Origin: Octopus sinensis
Taxonomy: Eukaryota
Direction: 5' to 3'
NCBI RefSeq assembly: GCF_006345805.1
Contig: NC_043004.1
Coordinates: 5,828,001 to 5,892,000, forward strand
Length of the DNA stretch: 64,000 nt
In this document: positions 39,320 to 52,783 of the stretch, one piece after another
Layout of the letters: the number at the start of each line of letters is the position of its first letter
How positions within the stretch are numbered: the stretch's first letter is position 1
Made by a program: the position numbers and the translations under genes
The notes under the pieces: generated by a model
Told to the model about the DNA's origin: nothing
The model's input: only the letters and a program-made list of their open reading frames with translations
The model's database searches: none

Positions 39320-39998
39320 CCTGTCCATACGTGTTTTGGACACGAACAACCAACACGTAGTGTTTCTAGTAAGACCTTTGCTACTAGAAATTAGCAATAA
39401 CAGAATTGCATAGTAGTAAAAACTAACAACAGATAAAATAAAATGAAGGGGAGGAGGCTGTGTGTGTGTTGTTTTTATTGCCATTGTGGTTATCAATGTA
39501 AACCGCCACTAGATATTTTTTTTTTAAATGTTAGAAGTAGTAGACATAGCGACAGAAGCTGTAGAACAGAACCGTTGTAAAGAGACGAAAAGATGATACT
39601 AGTAGCTAGGAAAATGATTTAGGTGGTAGTAGACGTAGCAGCCATTATAGTACTGATTGGTAGGTTGGTGGCGGTTTTACTAGATAGCACACCCAGTCGG
39701 TAGAAAGAACCACTCCCTCTTTAATTGCACGAAGGGGAAAAGAGAATAAAAACAAAACAATACGAAAAACAATTTTCCTGTTCACTAGTTTGTTAAATCT
39801 AATTGTCGAAATTACCTTCACATTCTCAAAGAACTTTGTCTCGAGCTTTGGATAAAGCCACGCTAATTTCTCAATACATTTTGTTAAGCATACTTAAATA
39901 TAACCATACGGTTTGATTTTCTCTATACATACTTCTTTCTCTCTCGTGTATATATAAGAGTGCATATAAATGTGTATTTGTGTATACACACACACACA

Positions 39999-40053
<55 letters not shown>

Positions 40054-43000
40054 AAGAGAGACAGATAGACAAACAGATGAGTGTAAGAATGCGTATGTAT
40101 AAAGTACGTGTCTATATGCACGTACACATATTTCCAGTGTGGGTTAATATGCACGAATAACTATGTCTTTGTATATGTGCATATATTATAGACATGGTAT
40201 GACAAAAGTGTGACAAATCTGTTTAGATTTGTGTATATAAATGCGTAGTTATATACATGTTTGTGTGAATATACTACCATATATATAAAAGGGATGCAGT
40301 TGTTTATGCAGTTCGTGCATTTTAATTTAAACATCTTGTCTTCAGAATGTCTTCCTTAGAATGTAAACTATCTAGAGACTAAAACGAATTTTTTTTAACC
40401 AGACCAAAGCGTTAACCGCCTTTTCCCCCTTTCAATTTGCCCATCCTACTTAATCAAATGCTTTCAACTAGAGTATTTTTCTTTTTTTACTCTAGGTTCA
40501 AATCTGTATATTCGCCTGTTAAAGAATATCTGGTCTTTTCCATTTAACATTTTTTTTTAAATGTCGAAACAATTCATCGATATATGTGCCAGCATATCAA
40601 TACTACTACTATAACTTCTACTACTCGGTTATCTTTTAAAGAGCCTTCTGAAATATCTCGCTGTTTGAGATAGATACAAGTTGTTATGGAAGGCCTTACT
40701 CCTCCCTGCCGACATTCTGGGAGGATCTCCTCGTGATTTCTTAACACATTATTTTCTTTTCTCCTTTCTGTTATGTTTCATTTAAAAAAAATACTACCAG
40801 CATCTTTTGGCCTATTATTGGTATCTGTTGAAACAAAATTTATTTCTATTTTATTCTTTTACGCCGTATGTAGACCATAGTAGTTTAGTAATAGGGTGTG
40901 GTTTAACATATTTCTACAATACATGTGTAATTTTATTCTTATATAAGAAATTTGTAGCTTCGTGTCGGAAAATATCTGATGCTTAAAGAAAAAATACATT
41001 CGTTCATATATATGTATGTATACCTTTTGCCTATATATATGTATACCTTTTGCCTAGAAACAGACCAAATAAAAAACGAGCAACATAGAAACTAACATCT
41101 TTCCGTAGTCGTTGTTGTTGCAGCCTAAAGGCTTAAGCATGACTCAACCCACATTGACCTTCATTTTAACTATAGTTATGTCAGTTTATGTTCAGGCGCA
41201 GTTATTAGCCACATCAGAATACACCAGTGACATACTAAAATATATTCTTCATTTTTCACACAGCTCCCTGACAAATTATATTTTGACTTGCATTAGCGAG
41301 CAGAACGAGAGAAGGAAAGACAAGGAAAATGTAAGATTAAAAAAAAAAGTTTCCAGAACGTATGTTCACAATAGAATTTATTCGCGCTTTTTTGTGTGTG
41401 AGTATTTGAAGAGAAGAGATATTATACGTTTAATTCTACCTTCTCAGTTTGATCTTGAATGAAAAGCAGTTAAATGAACACTAATGTAAGTATAACTGTT
41501 GTTTGAATAGAAGGGATTACAATTATTTGTGGTGTATCTTGATTATAATCAATATATCGCATATATTTGCTTGAGTATTTTAATTAATATTCGAGCCTGA
41601 AAGAGAAAATGAATTTTATGAATAATTCTTAAGGCTATTGTACTTAATATAAGACACGCTCTAACATAAGGTGCCGTTGAATGTACTGAAATCTTTCTAC
41701 ATCTTTTGAGATGAAATGAATAGTATTTAATGAAGTACGAAAGTGCGGCTTTCTTACACCGGCTCTTAAAGGTTTATATTTTAGGGAAGAGATGTAATTT
41801 CTTGATGGAAATTATCAATATTATAGGTGGTAAACATTTACTTATTTCTTAGAAATAAAAGTGCTGTTGTCATGAGTGTTAAGTCATTCTAATTTTGAAG
41901 ATGTTCAACAACGAATGTTTCTAAAAGACCCAATTTACTTTATTTCTTTAAGATGTTTTACAACATTACAGAACTAGGCTGTCAACGAAGCCTTAAAACT
42001 CTTCAGGTCTTTGCAACTTAATTGTAGTCTTTTGCTGACCAGAGTTTTAGTCTTTGGGCACAGTTTAATAGTTTCCACTAACTAAACTCATTAGAAGCTA
42101 TAACTATTCTTTTTAACCAATGTAATGCATTTTCTTATCCCGAACGCATATATATATATATACCACTGATTTTATATATTCTTATATATATTCACTGTTC
42201 TGTATTATTCAAAACTAATGATTAACAGTGAATTACAAGATTGCTATTAAGGTCATGTTAAGTACTGCACTTGCTGGTTTATAAAACGCACTTAAAAAAA
42301 AAAAAAAATGTAAATGTATCCAAAAATTCCTAGCGTCTAATGCGGCTGTATTACAGAGGAGAGACCAAGTGCTGTAGGCTTGGGACTGAATGTGCATAAG
42401 TCTGCTAAGCACAATAATTATTACTAATAACAAAATGCTGAAAACAAGCCAACTTAGGTATGTGAGCAGTTATGTGGGGAGGTCACATCATCACATTATA
42501 CCTCCTTCCCTAGCATACATAATCTGCTCCTGATTTATGTCTTACATCATTTAAAAACCTTGTTCCCCTTATGAAACATTTTAATAATTTAAATGAAATA
42601 TTTCCATAGAATGGTGAAAGGAATGTTAAACATTCATACATGTGACAGCTATTTGCAATGGGTGGATGACAACAAAATCATAGCGATGGTGCGCTATCCA
42701 ATTGACGATCGTGGCAACATAAAACATCACAGCCATAACTACGAGTTTTACATCCTGTGTGGCAATTCTCTTGATCAAAATATAAACAACTATACAGAAG
42801 ATGAAGATGAAATATGGCACTCATATAATGTAGTTTATTTATGATAGATATGCGGTGTCATAGGTTATTTCACTATTCTGTCACAGCATCATACTTACCT
42901 GCACAGAATCTTAGATTTACCCTCGCAAAACCACTTTAAGATATCTTTCAGCAAGTATATGATGTAACATACATTTCCCCCACAAAATAAAGTGACGGTG

Positions 43001-43832
43001 CATCTTATACGCCCGCAAATACAGTATGTTTAATATACTCTGGTTACTATCTCCATAATCTGTACTAATATAATTCGGTTAAGTAAAAGTAAAATAAGAC
43101 TGTGCGAGTTTCGAACACGGGAGAATTATTATAATATTTTCATATGTAGCATTCAAATATAACGGTAGTGGCATTCAACTGTAGCGAAAGTTGCAATATC
43201 TCAAAAAAATTATTTCGTTACTCTGTTTAAATTACTAATTAAAAGTATATTACTCTATCTCATGAATTAGTTTTAGTAAAACTTACACCTCACACATTGC
43301 TACCTGTCAGAGATAAATATAATCAAATTATAAGATTTATTATGTGCAACAGAAGCAGGATTGGTATAAAATAGCAATCTGTGTATCATACTTGATGCAC
43401 AGATGTAACGGAATACAAAATTAATTGCGGTATTTGTCTTGAAATAGTATCGCTGATAAACGTACAAAATTAAATAACACGAAAATATATCAGAGAACAT
43501 CGTCCATCAGTGTTGTTGGCCTTGTTAGATGCTTGTTTATACCTTTTTGAGCTTCATCAGTTGCAACTACCAAATGGCAACTACATGCTGAGACAAAATC
43601 CGCTGTCACTGATGTAGGAAAACAGTGGTTGAAAAATCGCAGCTGTTGCAATTAGCTGTCTGGCTGAATAAAAAATTCGTTATGTGCAGCAGAAGAATAT
43701 TAATTTAAACTGGCATAAAATGAAGCTATAAGTTTAAAATAAAAATGTATTATGAAACTTTGGAATTAATCTCCGTCTCAAATAACAAAGGATTGGAGAA
43801 AGTGGGAGGGAGAGAGAGAAAGAAAGAGAGAG

Positions 43833-43870
<38 letters not shown>

Positions 43871-44730
43871 TGTTTTAATTTAACCTGAATGGACGACTTG
43901 ATAATAGTTAAAGTATCTACGTAAGTCAACTATTTATGATCGGTATGTATATGAAGAATTGTTGTCCTTCGAAGAAATGAAAATGTTTAACTATTGAATA
44001 AGCCGCAAATAATTAACTATATTTAGTTTCAGCTGGGTTCTATCGTTGCAAGAAGAATGTAAGTGGTTGCCATGAGTTATGAATAAGCTGTTGTAAAACT
44101 ACATCGATTCCCACTTCAGAAGCATCCATTTAAAAAGAGATAAGGATGCCTCTGGTATTGGATGGGTCAATAAGGTAACTTTAGATATCTTATTGTAAGT
44201 CGTTTGCCACTGGTTTATTTTTGCATTTTTCTTCTTTTCTTTATATGATAACTCCGTAAGTTGTCTCAGTGTAGTGCGAAATGATATATCTATAAAAAAT
44301 AACCAAACCGAAGAATTCTCGAAATTTCTATAGAGATGTAGGTAGTGGAAACTGTAGAATAATTTTCACCTTATTTTGCGCGGGTAGACTCCCGTTTTTA
44401 TTCATAACGTGTCCTAAGAATATTTAAGATGAAACACATGGCATTTCTGCATCATATTGAAATCGCCAAATAAAAGTCAGTTGTAGATGTTTATCCTGTG
44501 ATAGGAAGAACTGTCTGCCAGGCGTGGTTGTGTGGTAAGCATCTTGCCTCCCAACTACATGGTTCCAGGTTCAGTCACACTGCGTGGCACCTTGAGCAAG
44601 TGTCTTCTATAGCCCTGGGGTGACCGAAGCCTTGCGAGAGGATTTGATAGAAGGAAACTGAAAGAAGCCCGTCGTATATATGTGTGTGTGTGTGCGTGTA
44701 CGTGCGTGCGTGCGAGTAAGCACATAAATG

Positions 44731-44950
44731 CAAAACAAGGTGGAAAAAATAGTACTCGAATACCGAAGATAGAGTAATATGCTTTTTATTAAAGCTACAA
44801 AAACATCTAAAAAAAACTACCACTCAGAGTTTCATGTTCCTGTCTGGCAGTTGTGATCAATAGTGGAATAAAATACAGTTTTATTCCATTTTTGATCACA
44901 ACTGCCCGACGAACGGGAACGTGAAACTCTGAGTAGCGGTTTTTTTTTTT
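44731..44950. mobile_element. Second fold-back Penelope-like pLTR fragment
   Basis: Inverted arms at 44809-44873 and 44879-44948 surround a 5-nt spacer. The left arm holds a partly deleted antisense copy of the same hammerhead and continues into an AT-rich tail. Confidence 0.55.
44900..44941 (+). ncRNA. Minimal type I hammerhead ribozyme motif with a U4C core variant
   Basis: AACTGC-CCGACGA-ACG(GGAA)CGT-GAAA-CTCTGAGT-A-GCGGTT. Stem I is 6 bp with one G-U, stem II is 3 bp, GAAA is intact, stem III is ACT/AGT, and the cleavage triplet is GUA. Confidence 0.65.
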
Positions 44951-44999
44951 GCGATGGATCTTTGTGGATTCCGTCAGTGTTTACAATTATCTTTAAAAA

Positions 45000-45286
45000 T
45001 ATATTTTAATGTATTATATCGATGTAATTTTTGACACTGATTCCGAATTTGTTATTCATTTTTTCCAGAAAATTTTTACAAAAGTGTTGCAGGTGTTGAA
45101 AGTTTGATAATTTTCAAAATTTTCAGCCAATCAGAAAACAGTGCGTTCGCTGCCTCTTCCATCATCGGGGGTGGGGGAATTGGCATGTCAGAAAATTGCT
45201 AGACACACACACACATACACTCACAGAGTTGAAACACTGTTTGATTTTCTTTTCAGCGTTGAATGTTCACCACCCCACTTTTATTG

Positions 45287-45363
<77 letters not shown>

Positions 45364-45830
45364 TTAACATACCTCCCTTTTACATACACACTCATATACT
45401 CAGAGTTGAAACGCTCCCACTACCAGTTTGCCATCATCCTTTCCTTCCTTATTCATCTATCACCCCTACTTTTCTCATTCATATGTTGTGACGGAGAAAA
45501 ACGCAAGAGTATTATTTTAGTAGATTATCTATTTCCTTCTCCTCCTTGTGCTCATGCGCAGCATCTTTGGTTACTATGGAAACAGAGTTCTTCGCCACGG
45601 TGATGTGTAAAATACTCGCTTCTGATTGGCTAAAATACCCAAATTTAGCAAATTTTAAAGGCCAATAACTTTTTAATTGTGAATTTATAGGAAAAAGGAA
45701 TTTCATTTTCATAATAATATACGAAACAATCCATATACCAAATTTGAAAACAACTGCAACAAAATTGTAAATAGTGAAGAAAACCACAGATCCTGCAGCT
45801 TAATAAAAAAAAGTGTATATATATACACAC
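45000..45830. mobile_element. DNA-transposon/MITE-like family with internal (CA)n
   Basis: 45580-45790 is the reverse complement of about 54290-54530, and 45100-45180 is the reverse complement of about 55430-55520 and 55945-56035. Confidence 0.55.
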
Positions 45831-46489
45831 ACACACACACATATACATATATAAGTGTGTGTGTATGTGTCTTTGTGGTTGTTCCCCACCATTGCTTGAC
45901 AATCGGTGGTGTGTTCACGTCCCCGTAACCTAGCGGTTCGGCAAAAGAGACCGATGGAATAAGTACTAGGATTAAAAAGAAAAAGTCCTAGGGTCGATTT
46001 GGACGGCTAGAACTCTTCAAAGCGATGCCCCAGCATGGCCGCAGTCAGATGACTGAAACAAGTAAAAGATAGAAGAAAACAAAATCTAAAGCACGAATAA
46101 CTACAAGTCCATCTATGAATCTCTGGAAAGAATTGGGTGCATTTCGGAAATGGAAAGAAAACTCAAATTCAAAGAGTCTAAAAGGCGTAATTACAGCTGT
46201 TAAAGAGAATTGGGATTTTATTATTTTTATTTTTTGTATTTACAATTTGACGAGAGGTCATGGAGTAGCTTACTCGAGGAAGGAAATCACTTTAGCTTTG
46301 TTCAACACTGGACAATTTTTCGTGACCCGTAATACTCGCAACGCTTTTAAAACGAACATCAGCAGTTTCAACTGAAATTTGGTTATAAGCCCGAACCTTG
46401 GAAAACACCGTGACGCCGTGCATGGAATATACAAAATCGTGGATGTGTGGATTAGGATATTTATCCGGTGTTTAATATCCTGTAATCAC

Positions 46490-47137
46490 GATGCTATCCT
46501 GTTTGTTTTTGGTATCATTTTCAAAGGGAACCGCACAGTTCATTGTTTTTAATGATGCACAATCGGATAAATCCACCACCACCGCCACCGCCATCACTTC
46601 AGCCAATCGTGACCAGGTGGGGCAGCTATTTGGATGCCTGAAATTACTATGCCAAGAACCTTGCAGAAGTTACACAAATTGTAGAGTTTTGAGGATGAAG
46701 GCATTTTAATGCAGAGAGCAAAAGAAACTGTGCGAAATCTTGAGATCAGGACTGACTTCATCCAAATCTGTTCGAACAATCTGCAGTTGAAAGAGTTGAT
46801 TTTGAAAGCTGAGCCAACAGCCTTCACCATCTACGATGCTTACAAAAGTCTCAAAGAACTGAAATTCAACGAAGACCCTTGATGCATCATGAATTACATT
46901 GATTTTAGATTGAATGAAAACGAAATCAATTCGATAATTCCCCGAAGTTTCATCCGCAGAATATGTAGATTTGATACAGTGCCAAGCACATCAGCTGTTG
47001 TAGAACGCAGATTTTCGATGATGAAAAAAATCCTTGCAAAAGGCAGGAATTTTTTTTTGCCTTCAAATAAAAAGCATTTCATCTTATTGTACTATAATAA
47101 ATTCTACAGTAGTTATTTTTTAAAATTGTTTTGGTAA
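46490..47137 (+). pseudogene. hAT-superfamily transposase remnant
   Basis: PIVTRWGSYLDA*NYYAKNL at about 46600-46660 is the TRWxS motif, and VPSTSAVVERRFSMMKKILAKGRNF is the hAT dimerisation-domain S..VER.FS motif. In-frame stops and frameshifts are present. The subterminal sequence at 46210-46345 recurs at 48795-48930. Confidence 0.8.
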
Positions 47138-47254
47138 TACTCGTATATCACAAAGTAATCAAAACTAGAGTGAACTCCCTAATGTTAATGGATTTATTAT
47201 TGTTATTATTATTATTATTACCATCATCATCATCATCATCAATAATAATAATAA

Positions 47255-47299
<45 letters not shown>

Positions 47300-47319
47300 T
47301 AATAAAAATAAAATAATAA

Positions 47320-47788
47320 TAATAATAATAATTGTTTGTCTTGGTATAAAAGATGGGCTACAGCAAATATTCTTCTCAATACCACAGATTTGCTTGTCAG
47401 TTGTTTGACCGTAACCAGTTGACCATGTCCCTTTGTGGCTGACGATATGTGCATCTCTGATCATGAGCAGAACTAGTGGGGGAGCATCATAGCCGTGTGT
47501 TGAAAGGAATTCTTAGAGGTTTGAATAATTCACCTTTGGAAACATGTGTGGTTCATTCAACATCCTTAAACAATCCTTATTCAGGGACCTTTTGAGCGGG
47601 ACGGGTTACTCGACCAGAAGAAAATTCTAACTGGGCCCCACTTGCAAGGTCATGTGCTGTTTATCTTGATATGGTTGCGATGCATGTGCCTGGTGTACCC
47701 TTATCAGACGGGTAGTCATGATGGGTATACTGAGCTTCGTATATTTTACCCCAGTGTCACTTTGATGGCATGCACTGCTCTCTCACTC

Positions 47789-47790
<2 letters not shown>
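47320..47790 (+). mobile_element. SINE-like element ending in (AAT)n
   Basis: A moderately GC-rich body ends gcactgctctctcactcaataataat. A related fragment may lie at 24155-24262. Confidence 0.5.
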
Positions 47791-47844
<54 letters not shown>

Positions 47845-48255
47845 CAACAACAATAATAAAGTTAAAATGATGTTAAAATCTGTCAATGAAGTTAAAAAAT
47901 AAGGTTAGAAATGTCTGAAAGCAATTTTTAAGGTTAAAAAAATTGCCCTACTTATCAACAAAGCTAACACATGGCTTCATTCTGTCATAGAATTTTTCAT
48001 TATGTGATTTGCTTTTACGGCTTCAGTCAGCCATAGCATGCAACACGTTGTGGAGGTGTTAACAGCTACAGGACTCAGGCGTGACTGTGTGGTAAGAAAC
48101 TTGCTTCCCAACCACACGGTTTCAGATTCAGTCCCACTGCGTAACACTTTAGACGAGTGTCTTCTATTGTAGCTTCGGACCGACCAATGCCTTGTGAGTA
48201 GATTTAGTAGAAAGAAACTGCAGGATTCCCGTCGTATACATAAATATATATATAT

Positions 48256-48291
<36 letters not shown>

Positions 48292-48450
48292 CACAAGTAT
48301 AACCAGCCGAAATTGCAAAAATAATCTGGAACTCGACCGAAGAAAGAAAACTCCGAATGACCCGTCCTTGTTTTCTTTGTATCGTCTGTTGTCCCTTTTT
48401 TTTTGTATCACCTAACTATCTGGATGTTTTGCGTTCTTGTCCCATTTTGC

Positions 48451-48532
<82 letters not shown>

Positions 48533-49227
48533 CGGCGTTACGTACATTGGCGGTTCGACAAACGAATCGATAGAATAAGTGCCTGGCTTGAAAAACAAGT
48601 ACTGGGGTCGATTCATTCGGCTAAAATTATTATAGATGCAAAACAATAACACGGAGGAATCGACGTAAGCTTAAATAATAAAATGCGATATGGTGAGGGA
48701 TTGCTGTCGTTGTAAATGTGTTTTGTAGTAAATTGAAAGTTACCAGGTGCCTAGAGATGTTATCAAGTGATCAAGACATTACAAACGAAAGAGAAGTGGG
48801 TTTTATTATTTTCTTAATTTTTTGTATTTTTCAATTTGATGAGAGGTCGTGGAGTAGCTGACGCGAGAAAGGAAATTACTTTAGCTTTGTTCAACACTGG
48901 ACACTTTTTTCGTGACCTGTAATACTCACAACATACTTAAAATTGATTCTTTACACATAACTGAACAATTGTTGACTTGTTTCTCGTTGAGTTCCATTGC
49001 TTTAATAGCTGCTTTCAGCAATGAAAAAATAATTCACTTTTATTGTTACAATATATAAATGCACTTTCGAATAGCAACACATTCATTTTTGCAAAAGTGT
49101 GAGAAAAATAAATGAGAGTGTCCAGTGGAAGAATTTGGCTTTAAGAATCTCCATTAATAGAATTAATTGTTGATTCGCATCCTGAAGGACCAACGAGCAA
49201 TAAATAAATAATACAAATGTCTCCGAC

Positions 49228-49420
49228 AACAAAAGATCTTTTTTGATACCTTTCACAAGATGAAAATCTCTGCTAAATGCAACTTTTATTAACAAAAGTT
49301 AGAGTGAGGAAAATGGAATCAAATATCTCCCAACAAAGGTCTTTTTTGATACTTTTCATAAGGTGAAAATCTATGCTAGATGGAACTTTTTGTTAACAAA
49401 GGTTAAAGGGAGGGAAAATA
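49228..49420 (+). repeat. Diverged tandem dimer of about 103 bp
   Basis: caacaaa(a/g)..tcttttttgatac.tttca.aag.tgaaaatct.tgcta.atg.aactttt occurs twice. Confidence 0.75.
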
Positions 49421-51334
49421 ACATATAAACAAGAACTAAAAAAAAAAACAAAAAACATAAACTTTCCAGATTTAGTTCATCCTTAGGCAGATGTTAATAA
49501 GTATATATAACCAAAACACGTTCTAACATGAAGCACAGCTTCATAACTGCAGCGATATATCCCCTTCAATCACAAATGTCAAAGATTGCAACCGGAAATA
49601 AACTACTCGCTTGAACAATAAACATTTTACTGAATGTTTTCAACAGCATGTTTGTCATAGATTTGTGTGACTTCTTTTTGCTTTCTCTGTCATTGCTATA
49701 AAGAAGTGTATACACTTCGTCACAAACTGAATTGATAATACTGCCATTGGTCCTATTCTTGAAAAACTGTGTTTCGTTTTCTCGTCACTTATAATTTCCA
49801 AGATCTTGTGAATCGAAATTGTTCACCTTTGAAACAGAAGAAAGTCCGTTGGGCAAATAACGATGCTCAAAAATGTCAAAACGTATCATTATCATTTATA
49901 TACGTACGATAATGACTGACTTACAATATGGATCGTCCGCAAACATTTTGGACGAAAAGCCAGCTGTGATCAAAACAGGCGCGTTCAACAAGTTATTTAG
50001 TACTTTTTAATTTTCATCTTTGTTTTACCTTTCACTTGTTTCACTTATTAGCCTGGGGGCATCCTGGGACATCGACAAGAAGGGGTTAGTCGAACAAATC
50101 AACCACAGCACTTATTTTAAAGTTTGATACTTATTCTATCGGCCATGTTTGCCAAACCACACTCTGTTACAAGGACGTAAATAAATCAATACTGTTTGGC
50201 CAGCGTTGGAGGAAGGGCACTCACACACACACACACACACACAACTACCACCACCACCACCACAACCACAACCACCACCACCATCACCACCACACAAACA
50301 CACGCATATAGGTAAGTCTACGACGAGCTTCCCCACAGTTTCTGTCTACGAGATTCACTCACAAGACATTGGTTGGCCTGGAGCTACAGTGAAATACACA
50401 TGTCTGAAATGCCACAGAGTGGGATTGAACACGAGACCGAGTGGTTGCAAAGCGGGCATCTTAACTATGCAGACGTACCTACATCTATAGTGCTTGAAGA
50501 ATTTACCAGAGAAATAAAAGATCTTGATTCCATCCTTACAATAACTAGTTTGATGTTCTACGATTGCCATTTTCAATATCGCATGATTGGCTCTTCCCGT
50601 TCGTCTCTCTCAGATCGACAAAATAAGCTGTAGCGAGGCCAATTCACCCGCCTAAATCACTTCAAATCAGTGAAATCTCATTCAACAACAACAAAAAAGA
50701 AAATTGAAGTACTTTTGCCTGGTTAATATTGAAGCAAACATGAAGGCAGCGAGGTGACAGAATCGTTAGCACGCTGGGCAAGATACTTAGCGGTATTTCA
50801 TCCGTCTTTACGTTCTGAGTTCAAATTCCACCGAGGTCGACTTTTCCTTTCATCAGTCCGGAGTCGATAAAATAAGGACCAGTTGAGTACTGGAGTCGAT
50901 GTAATCAACTTGGCCCCTCCTCCGAAATTTTTAGCCCTTGTGCTAAAATTTGAAACCAATATACAAGCAAATATTAACAGTCATATACGTTGTTTTCTTC
51001 ATTTTTTCTTTGTTGGTAACGCCATCATGCTTGTGAGGTTAAGAAGCTCGCTGATTTGGTGTCCAGTTCCACTGTGTAGCACCCTAGATGGATGTCTTCT
51101 ACTACAGCCCCGGGCCAACCAATACCTTGTGAGTGAATTTAGCAGACAGAAACAGCGTGGAAGCCCATCATATATATATGTGTGTGTGTGTGTGTGTATA
51201 CATATATGTGTGTATGTATATATACATATATACGCTCGAAACGTAAAACCTTCCTTCCTGAGCGTCCTATAATACTATATTTGTTCCACGTCCTCGCGTT
51301 GTTGTGTTTTCTCTTTGTGTTTTCATGTTTGGAT

Positions 51335-51403
<69 letters not shown>

Positions 51404-51407
51404 ATAG

Positions 51408-51481
<74 letters not shown>

Positions 51482-51589
51482 TATATACTACTACTACTAT
51501 TAATATAGGATGAAGCTTTTTTACAGAAAAAAATTCCATCAAAAAATGTGGCAGCATATTAAAATACCTTTAAGGTTAAAATTATAAAC

Positions 51590-51878
51590 AACTTATAAAT
51601 AAGGGCGAACGAAAATTACTTCTATGCCAATATGCTGATAACAGACTTTTAAATCGTCAATTTCCACAAATTATTTACTTGTTACAGAAAAGACGTAGAG
51701 CTGAAAACGGGGAAAGCCAGCCAATAGAACTTTTTAAAAATTCTATTGGCTGGCTTTCCCCGTTTTCAACTCTATGTGTTTTCTGTAGCGAGTAAATAAT
51801 TTGTGGAAATTGACGATTTAAAAGTCTGTTATCAGCATATTTGCACAGAAATAATTTTCTTTAGCCCTTATTTATAAG

Positions 51879-51880
<2 letters not shown>
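51590..51880. repeat. Near-perfect palindrome (about 145-bp arms, no spacer)
   Basis: aacttataaataagggc...ccaatagaacttttt|aaaaattctattgg...gcccttatttataagtt, centred at 51735/51736. Confidence 0.95.
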
Positions 51881-51918
<38 letters not shown>

Positions 51919-52149
51919 CTTGTTTCAGTCATTAGACTGCGACCATGCTGGGACACCGCTTTAAAGAATTTTAGTCGAACGAATAGACTCCAGTATAGTT
52001 TTTCAAGCCTGATATTTATTCATATAAGTACCAGGGTACCAAATCTACTCACAAAGCTTTGGTCGGCTCGAGGCTATAAGGTGTCACGCAATGGGACTGA
52101 ACCCGGAACCGCGTAGTTGGGAAACAAACATTTTACCACACTGCCACGG

Positions 52150-52256
<107 letters not shown>

Positions 52257-52277
52257 GTGCGTGCGTGTGTGTGAGGG

Positions 52278-52560
52278 CGCATGGCCTAGTGGTTACTGTG
52301 TTGCACTCACAATCTAACGATCGTGGCTTCAATTCCTGGACAGGGTAGAGCAAAACACCTTATCTTACGCTGTTCTGTAATTGCTTCGACACCTGACGCA
52401 TGGTACACAATGCACCTGTTCAGACAACGTCGATTTTATGGAGAGAGTGAGCTAATGTACGGCATTGGATCGCTATAAGCGAATCATTTGTGCGGGTCTT
52501 TCGACAAAAGCTGAACACTCATAGGTCGTCTTCGATGGGAGAGTCCATCACAATTACACA
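52278..52560 (+). mobile_element. Another tRNA-headed SINE family
   Basis: A-box-like ggcctagtggtta and B-box-like ggcttcaattcc at the 5' end, with a (CA)n tail. Confidence 0.55.
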
Positions 52561-52710
52561 CACACACACAGCAATCTGAGCAACATTAAGTGGGGCTCAT
52601 TTTGCGAATGAGAAAGACTAGATCCGAACCCAACATCAGTTGTCTAGTGTGTGTGTATGACATACACAAACACACAACGTACACACACAAACGAGTATAT
52701 ATATATATAT

Positions 52711-52783
<73 letters not shown>

